A stretch of 26,145 nucleotides of DNA, from NCBI GenBank assembly GCA_048772705.1, contig JBLWGC010000107.1, positions 1 through 26,145 of the forward strand. Direction: 5' to 3'. A program made the position numbers and the translations under genes. This DNA is from Leidyana gryllorum EB-2025a (taxonomy: Eukaryota; Protista; Apicomplexa). The notes beneath the pieces were generated by a model, which was given only the letters and a program-made list of their open reading frames with translations, was not told the origin of the DNA and searched no databases. Position 1 is the stretch's first letter, and the number at the start of each line of letters is the position of its first letter. Below, in pieces: positions 19,919 to 26,145 of the stretch.

Positions 19919-20889
19919 ATGAACGATCAACCAGGATTAGTCCTACGAAATGGAAAGCAGATTAGCCTAGTAGATCCAGCTACAGACTTACCCCCACCGG
20001 GTTATACTGGTAGCAGTGCGTGTCAACCAGCACTGGGCGAGGAACCAGAAACGGCAACGGATTTGGACGAAGGCGCCAGGCCGCAGAACACTCACAAGCA
20101 AACCGACCTGGCTAATGAACCACTGGAGCCGACGGACACAGCCTTACGTCTGATGGGATGGATTCGCACGACCGTTCAGGTGGCGGGATCCTATGATGGC
20201 AATTCAGAACCACTTGTTCACCTCGACACACTCGAGAACTGTTTCAGGAACGCAGGCCTCCCAGTCAGGCATTGGACAGCGGTGGCCTGTGGGACCTTCA
20301 GAGGGGGAGCGTCGTCGTGGGCGAACGCGGTCAACATGGACATTCGCCATATGGAGTGGGCAGCGTTCCGCAGAATGGTAACAACCGAATTCGAATCGGA
20401 CAAGCGAGGCAGCCTCGCACGACTTGTGGCCCTACGACCGGAGGAGGCAGGGATCCGTCAGTTTGCCTTAGCATTTCGACAAGAGCGGCGCATGATTCGC
20501 AACATTCCGGAGGCGGACATGGTGGATTTGTTCCTATCAAGACTCCCAAAAGCAGAACAGCTCGCGATACGAGGCAGAAACCCGCAATCGGTGGCCGAGG
20601 CTGTATCGCTGACGCTGGTGCTCTGCCCACAGGGAGCGATGGACACCAGGACAGTATTGGTTGCGACCCGCCGGCGCGTGGGGTCCAGAACCCTCACACT
20701 CGAGAACATTGCAGCAAGCATTAGTTGTGCTACATCTGCGGACAAGGGGGACACCTATCCAACAAGTGCCCAAAACGCGGAAACTCAGGGCGACCTACAC
20801 ACCCACAGCGCAAAGCTTTCCCAGCCAGACCCGACATCTCGGTGGAGGCGGCGATAGAGGAAGAAGCGGAAGTGGATTCGGATTTTTAG
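19919..20889 (+). pseudogene. gag: Element E gag with a 1-nt deletion near 20684 and TAG at 20722-20724
   Basis: MNDQPGLVLRNG start in the LTR; capsid-like region. The alternative frame gives QNPHTREHCSKH*LCYICGQGGHLSNKC...VDSDF*. Confidence 0.88.
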
Positions 20890-23800
20890 ATCAGGCCCTC
20901 GGTGGGCCTGACGCATGCTTCACAGCCACAGACTGGCGCGGCGCTCAGCGCGCAGGATGGACAGCCACAATGGAGTGGGAGATGACCAGCACAAAGGGAG
21001 GGCACGTTAGACGAACAACAGCGCTGATCGACTCTGGATCAGAATTAAACATTATGACACCGAATCTAGCAAAGAGCTTGGAACTGGAACTGCGGCCATC
21101 CGAGACTCACCGAATAGACGGGATGGGCTCCGCAAGATGCGAAGGGGAAGTGGAGGCGTGCGTGAAGACAAAATTCGGCACTTACGGACCGACTCGCTTC
21201 GCGGTGGTGCACAATGACCACTACGAAGCCATCATAGGGTTACCACTGATACACAGCATACCGCTGGTCCTCGGAACCGACGGTAACGGACGGATGGTGA
21301 TCGCGGAGGGCTCTATCCTTGAAAGCGAGACAACCTTTATAACAAAGCCAATACAACTGACCTTACCGGAGCCAAAACCTGAAATAAACGGACCGAATGG
21401 GTGGATACTCGAACGATTTGGACAGCTCTTCCGAAACAAACTCCCATTCCCACCGGACCGGGCCTTCCATAATTTTCAAATCAAAGTCTTACCAAACGCG
21501 AAACCATATGCGGGACGGCCGTACAGTGGAAAGGGAGACACTCAGGAACTCCGCAGGCAGGTAGAAGAATTGCTGGCCGAGGGTAAGGTCGTCAAGTCCA
21601 AATCGGAATGGTCAGCGCCATGCTTTCTCGTGCCAAAGGCCGACACAGCGGTACCTCGCATGGTTACCAATTACAAAGCGTTAAATGACCAAACCGTGAA
21701 CTACGCCTACCCTAGCACAACGACCGAAGAGAACTTGTCCGTTCTGCGAGGAGCGAAGGTGTTCTCGAAGATCGATTTGAAATCAGGGTTTCATCAGATA
21801 AGGATTGAACCGGAGTCGCAACAGTTCACGGCGTTCGTCACACCGTTCGGTAAGTACCAGTACACGGTTATGCCGTTTGGGTTGAAGAATGCTCCTTGTG
21901 CCTTCATTGCGCTCATGACGGAGGTCTTGGACGGACTGATCGGAGACTGCGTGGTTGCTTATGTGGACGATCTATTGGTGTACAGTGCGACATGGGAAGA
22001 GCACAAGACGCACCTAGAGAGAGTCTTCCAGAGACTAGGCGAGCATCAGCTATATATCAACCCCAGCAAGTCGAAGTTCTACCTGACGGAAGTGGAGTTT
22101 ACGGGACACAGAGTGACACCAGAAGGCATTCGGCCAGCAAAGACGAAAGTGGACTTCTTTCGCGCCAGACCACCCCCAGAAACGATCAAAGAATTATCAA
22201 CCCTGGTTGGAGCGATGAGCTACTATTCGCGATTCATCCCGCTGTTCGCACAGAAGGTTCGCACCTTCCACGGAATTATAGCAGCAAGTGATAAGCCGAG
22301 GGCGACGATCGAGTGGACGGAGGAGCGGAAACAAGCGTGGCGGGAGCTTACGGCGTGTTTCAACGACGAGAGACAACTAGGGCACATGGACCGCAGACTA
22401 CCACTCGTAGTCACAACGGATGCGTCCAATGAAGCGATAGGCGCCACACTGGAACAGAATCAGCCAGAGGGACGAGTACCCCTCGAGTTCATGAGTTGCC
22501 GACTCACAGCGGCACAGAAGGCCTGGCCTGTGCACGAAAGAGAGCTGTACGCGATTGAGTGCGCACTCAAACGCTGGAAACATTACTTGATCATGAAACC
22601 TTTCTCCGTTTTCACGGACCATAAGCCGTTGGCGACCCTGGCAAAGGCTAAGAATGTGTCGGACCGCGTGGTGAGAACCTTGCTCAAGATCTCTCAGTTC
22701 CCGTGTCGGATTGACTATATAAAGGGAACTGAAAATCATCTAGCGGACCTGCTCAGCAGGCCTCCACAGCGATTGTGCCACATGGCACAGTACCAGACGC
22801 ACGAAGGCGAATTCATGCTACTGCTACAACGGTTAAGCGGACCACTTCAGCCAGTCGGGGACCAGATCAAGCACCAAGGACTGGTGTACGATAGCGAAGA
22901 CCGAATAATAGTGCCGGACAACCGAGAAGTGAAGCTGCGAATACTGGAAGAATGCCACAGCTCACTGCTAGGGGGACACATGGGAGCGGATCGCACCTTG
23001 AGAAGGGTGACTGCCATGTTCTTCTGGCCTCACGTGGCCCGTGATGTGCGGGAATACTGCCGCTCGTGTGACACATGTCAGCGAGTCAAAGCGACGAACC
23101 AAAAACAGGTCGGACTACTACACCCGATACCACCACCCAGCGGACCGTGGTTAGAGGTCAGCTTGGACCTGGTATGCCTACCAGAAGATAGGAGTCGGGG
23201 CTCAGACAGCCTGATGACGATAATCGACCGATTTTCTCGACGAATGATACTGATCCCCTGCCGAAGAGATATCTCGGCCACAGAATCGGCCCAACTCCTC
23301 ATAGAATACCTCATCAGGCCTCACGGGTGTCCGGAATCGATCATTTGTGATAGAGACTCTCGCTGGTGCTCAGACGTGTGGACAGAAATGTTGAAGATCA
23401 TGGGAACCAAACTAAGACCTAGCACCGCCTTCCATCCCCAAACAAACGGCATGGTCGAAAGGGGGCATCGAACGGCATTGCAAGTACTCAGAACGGTTTG
23501 TACCGAGATGGGAGACAATTGGGCGCAACTAATCCCAACGGTTGAGATGGCGATCAATTCAGCATTGAACGAATCCATTGGAATGTCTCCGCACGAGGCC
23601 GACACGGGAGTACCATTCAGGACCCCTCTAGCAGCAGCCATACCTAGCAATCCGGACAGAGCCCGAAAACCCCTCCAGCTGGAAGCGGAACGCTTACAAG
23701 AGATAACGGATCGAATTCGAGCAGCACAGAACAAGCAGAAGACGGCGGCGGATGCGAATCGGAGGAACGAATGTCACCAGGAAGGCGACTATGTACTATT

Positions 23801-24242
23801 GCCCGCAAAGCAGCTCAAAGGACTACGCAGAACGAAACTATCCCACAACTACATCGGGCCCTTCAGGATAAACGCCTGCATTCCAGGAGACGTCTACCAA
23901 CTTGAATTGCCCAGTAGCTTGCAAGTGCATAATAGATTCCATGTGAGTCGCCTAAGGCGCTATAACGGGCCGTCACCGGAGAACCCACAACCGGTTTACC
24001 AAATGGAAGCAGTCAAGGGCGAGAAACTCAGACAGGGCACCTACCTGTGGCTGATAAAATGGAGAGGTTACCCGGACTCGGAGAACACCTGGGAACCGTT
24101 GTCCGTAATCCGAGAAGGCGACGCGGTGGACCTCGTACTGGACTTTAGGAGGGAGTATAATGCGAGACCGAGCACTAAGGTACCCTACACCGCGGAACAA
24201 CTCGAAGGACGAGACTTAGATCTCGGGCCGGGAGGAGTGTAA
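20880..24242 (+). CDS. pol: Element E Pol, intact: PR-RT-RNase H-integrase-chromodomain (expressed by -1 frameshift)
   Basis: LIDSGS, YVDD, VTTDAS, H..GH..CRSCDTCQ, VSLDL, ICDRD, QTNGMVER, GPFRI, LWLIKWRGYPDSENTWEP; ends PGGV* in the LTR. Confidence 0.96.
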   Translation, partial: GFLDQALGGPDACFTATDWRGAQRAGWTATMEWEMTSTKGGHVRRTTALIDSGSELNIMTPNLAKSLELELRPSETHRIDGMGSARCEGEVEACVKTKFGTYGPTRFAVVHNDHYEAIIGLPLIHSIPLVLGTDGNGRMVIAEGSILESETTFITKPIQLTLPEPKPEINGPNGWILERFGQLFRNKLPFPPDRAFHNFQIKVLPNAKPYAGRPYSGKGDTQELRRQVEELLAEGKVVKSKSEWSAPCFLVPKADTAVPRMVTNYKALNDQTVNYAYPSTTTEENLSVLRGAKVFSKIDLKSGFHQIRIEPESQQFTAFVTPFGKYQYTVMPFGLKNAPCAFIALMTEVLDGLIGDCVVAYVDDLLVYSATWEEHKTHLERVFQRLGEHQLYINPSKSKFYLTEVEFTGHRVTPEGIRPAKTKVDFFRARPPPETIKELSTLVGAMSYYSRFIPLFAQKVRTFHGIIAASDKPRATIEWTEERKQAWRELTACFNDERQLGHMDRRLPLVVTTDASNEAIGATLEQNQPEGRVPLEFMSCRLTAAQKAWPVHERELYAIECALKRWKHYLIMKPFSVFTDHKPLATLAKAKNVSDRVVRTLLKISQFPCRIDYIKGTENHLADLLSRPPQRLCHMAQYQTHEGEFMLLLQRLSGPLQPVGDQIKHQGLVYDSEDRIIVPDNREVKLRILEECHSSLLGGHMGADRTLRRVTAMFFWPHVARDVREYCRSCDTCQRVKATNQKQVGLLHPIPPPSGPWLEVSLDLVCLPEDRSRGSDSLMTIIDRFSRRMILIPCRRDISATESAQLLIEYLIRPHGCPESIICDRDSRWCSDVWTEMLKIMGTKLRPSTAFHPQTNGMVERGHRTALQVLRTVCTEMGDNWAQLIPTVEMAINSALNESIGMSPHEADTGVPFRTPLAAAIPSNPDRARKPLQLEAERLQEITDRIRAAQNKQKTAADANRRNECHQEGDYVLLPAKQLKGLRRTKLSHNYIGPFRINACIPGDVYQLELPSSLQVHNRFHVSRLRRYNGPSPENPQPVYQMEAVKGEKLRQGTYLWLIKWRGYPDSENTWEPLSVIREGDAVDLVLDFRREYNARPSTKVPYTAEQLEGRDLDLGPGGV

Positions 24243-24473
24243 GGGGTTACACAATTATCAGCGGCCGGCCAGAGCCGGTCCGCCATTTGTCTGTGTCTCG
24301 GTGCCCGGCCGGCACCGGCACGAGACGGAGACGGGATCAGACAGACACGCGTGTGCTTACGTTTTTGAGTTACTTGACAACGGAGATGAACGATCAACCA
24401 GGATTAGTCCTACGAAATGGAAAGCAGATTAGCCTAGTAGATCCAGCTACAGACTTACCCCCACCGGGTTATA
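24238..24473 (+). repeat. 3' LTR of element E (~236 bp)
   Basis: Starts TGTAAG after the PPT; appears identical to 19798-20006 over the shared part. Confidence 0.92.
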
Positions 24474-24494
24474 CAAGTCGTTTGTGTTGTGGTG

Positions 24495-24567
24495 TACCAG
24501 TTAGTGCAATGGGAAGTGTCTTGTGCTCGCAACCTGGAGGTCGCAGGATCGAATCCACGGCCCTGCA
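24495..24567 (+). ncRNA. Degenerate tRNA-like unit 1 (initiator-Met-like)
   Basis: A box 24502-24512, B box 24546-24556. GGAAGTGT..GCTCGCAACCTGGAGGTCG..GGATCGAA parallels eukaryotic tRNAi-Met, including the ATCG T-loop. Confidence 0.65.
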
Positions 24568-24619
24568 CTTCGCCCTTGGCTAGCCACCTCGACCGGCACA
24601 TGGCTGCCCTTAGTATTGT

Positions 24620-24691
24620 GATCCAGTAGTGCAGTGGTAACTACTCGGACTTGGGACCCGCAGGTCGGCGGATCGAATCCCACCTCGGACA
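24620..24691 (+). ncRNA. Degenerate tRNA-like unit 2
   Basis: A box 24627-24637, B box 24670-24680; AGGTC variable loop; TGG at the anticodon position. Confidence 0.65.
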
Positions 24692-24834
24692 ACTGTGCCA
24701 AGACCCCCAGGTGACGGGTGAGGGCAGGTCGAGGATGGAGGACGGGTGGGGGAGCCCCCAGGAGGCCCCACAGCGTCGTACACGCACGTCTAAGCTGCAC
24801 ACTGGTCTGCAGTGCCACGACATGTTCGGCGACT

Positions 24835-24907
24835 GCGCCAATAGCACAATGGTAATGACTACGGACTTATGTTCTGAAGGTCGGTGGTTCGAGTCTCCCC
24901 GCGGACA
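24835..24907 (+). ncRNA. Degenerate tRNA-like unit 3 (paralogue of unit 2)
   Basis: A box TAGCACAATGG 24842-24852, B box GGTTCGAGTCT 24886-24896; shares CGGACTT, AGGTCGG and the CGGACAA end with unit 2. Confidence 0.6.
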
Positions 24908-25054
24908 AGCCTGACTCCACGGCATTGTCAACGGGACTGGCTGCTTAAGGTAAGTCTTATCCATACGTGTGCAGGTGAAGGCTGTACACGCGCGCGCCAA
25001 GACATTTGAGCCTTAGCTGTAGCACATAGGTAGCGTTAGGTCCAACTTAGATGC

Positions 25055-25059
25055 TTTTT
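25055..25059 (+). terminator. Candidate Pol III terminator (T5) in G2
   Basis: First run of 4 or more T on the sense strand downstream of the three tRNA-like units. Confidence 0.45.
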
Positions 25060-25122
25060 AGAAAAGGAAAAAAGGGGGAACGAACTCGACAGTCGGCACT
25101 CACCCTGGAGCACAACAGTTTG

Positions 25123-25388
25123 AACTCGTACATATCGTTCCAGCGCAATTGCACGCAAGATTGATGCAATTGGTCCGTTCTACTTATCACATTCACGATA
25201 GGTTGCTAACTATTCCATCAATAAATAAATCTCACAGAAACAATGGGTACGGGGAAGCGCCCGAGCGAAGCGACAAGGGCGCTCCACACACCCCATCAAT
25301 ACTTCTTCACGCACACTATTACTCAACGTACATATCAGCCTTAACATCCCGCTCGTACACTAACAATCCGAATACCCATAACTCTTAG
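25123..25388 (+). pseudogene. Possible 3' end of a backbone ORF (helicase-tail-like)
   Basis: With G2 removed, the frame is open from the E junction: KSFELVHIVPAQLHARLMQLVRSTY...; weak support. Confidence 0.25.
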
Positions 25389-26145
25389 CATATATACACT
25401 CTCTCAATGTTTTATAGCAAACAACTGACCACCACCCTCTTACCACACCTCGAACTACATCACAATTGTCAATATACTCCTATTAACCTACCTATCATTA
25501 GCCAAATTCATGTCGCCCGAATCAACACTCAAATCCTATGCATAACTTGACTCCATCCGCATATTCTTACAAATTCCCATTCACTCCAATAAATAATGTC
25601 CACGATACGCATTGGACTCATGACATTCTTCTCAACACTCTCAATTCAACTTGAATCTCATTGATTCCCCTATATCTAGCATTACAAGCTTTTATACGTC
25701 TACAAATACTCCCTCAATCAACGAGCGAATCGCTAACTCACTCTAGACCCCTCACAGCCTAACAGACAAACCATCTAAACCAATATCACTCACACATAAC
25801 CTTCCAAGTTGCTCCACATTCACTTTAGCAAACTGAGCATACTACACATCACAGCACAGTTACCAAAATACACGCCATACACTCATACAATCATGCATCT
25901 CCAGCTCATATAGTCTCACAAATCAATACATAACAAGCACGATACCTGTCAACATACTAAGCAACACAACTACATCGTCACAGTCTTTTATTAGCACAAT
26001 ACACACCACATCAGACCTTACTTGCGCACGCTACAGCAACCGCAACGTGTAGAGAATTGAAAGCTAAACATTCGCAAACACGCAAACACAGTACAATTCA
26101 GCGATAAACAAGCACATAAACCACATAATCCAAAAGCAAACAGCA

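Larger units (their letters stand above)
19798..24473 (+). mobile_element. Element E: Ty3/Gypsy chromodomain LTR retrotransposon, 5' LTR clipped by F
   Basis: LTR remnant 19798-20006 matches the 3' LTR from 24265 onward; PBS 20008-20020; PPT 24230-24237. The right end is 24473 or 24475. Confidence 0.93.
24485..25117 (+). mobile_element. G2: 633-bp non-coding LTR-like element carrying three tRNA-like units
   Basis: 7-bp terminal inverted repeat TGTTGTG/CACAACA; TSD GTTTG at 24480-24484 and 25118-25122. Confidence 0.9.

Noticed and set aside
6752-20724. Alternative genetic code (TAA/TAG read as sense) suggested by in-frame stops in B gag, D pol and E gag
   Set aside because: Kilobase ORFs contain no TAR codons, pol ORFs terminate on TAA, and the stops sit at non-homologous positions. 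Point mutations explain them better.
24495-24907. Functional tRNA gene cluster
   Set aside because: Acceptor and anticodon stems do not pair properly, and the units lie inside a TSD-flanked mobile repeat.
25010-25060. Fourth tRNA-like unit or 5S-derived segment in G2
   Set aside because: Only an A-box-like TAGCACATAGG is present; no B box and no convincing 5S similarity.
25389-26145. G-poor, AC-rich tail as a gene or repeat
   Set aside because: No ORF of 60 aa or more and no clear periodicity; only strand compositional skew.

Overview
This is eukaryotic repeat-dense DNA, mostly a nest of chromodomain-bearing Ty3/Gypsy LTR retrotransposons. LTR pairs, PBS/PPT sites and target-site duplications (TSDs) allow the nest to be reconstructed. 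Element B (4320-4500 and 7282-7463 LTRs, TSD ATTAG) is split by a ~2.48 kb inversion with one break in an 11/22-bp satellite. Element C (7593-17458, minus, TSD CTTC) interrupts a backbone gene. Element D (9152-14041, minus, TSD CAACA) is nested inside C. Element E (19798-~24473, plus) has an intact pol. F is a 3' remnant (PPT plus LTR, 19592-19797). The four gag-pol elements share an almost UTR-less design: gag starts inside the 5' LTR and is translated through the PBS (peptide YTGSS), pol runs to or through the PPT, and a GGATTTT heptamer plus hairpin marks the gag/pol junction. The most unusual component is a non-coding TGTTGTG...CACAACA element (G). It is 633 bp at 24485-25117, with a 330-bp deletion copy at 8822-9151, and each copy has its own 5-bp TSD. 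G carries up to three degenerate tRNA-like A-box/B-box units. Both copies have a Gypsy element immediately upstream of the first unit in the same orientation, suggesting a mobile Pol III-promoter 'landing pad'. Removing all insertions leaves a backbone of roughly 6 kb with orphan ORFs, the satellite and possible Helitron RepHel remnants. All alignments were done by eye; no database searches were run.
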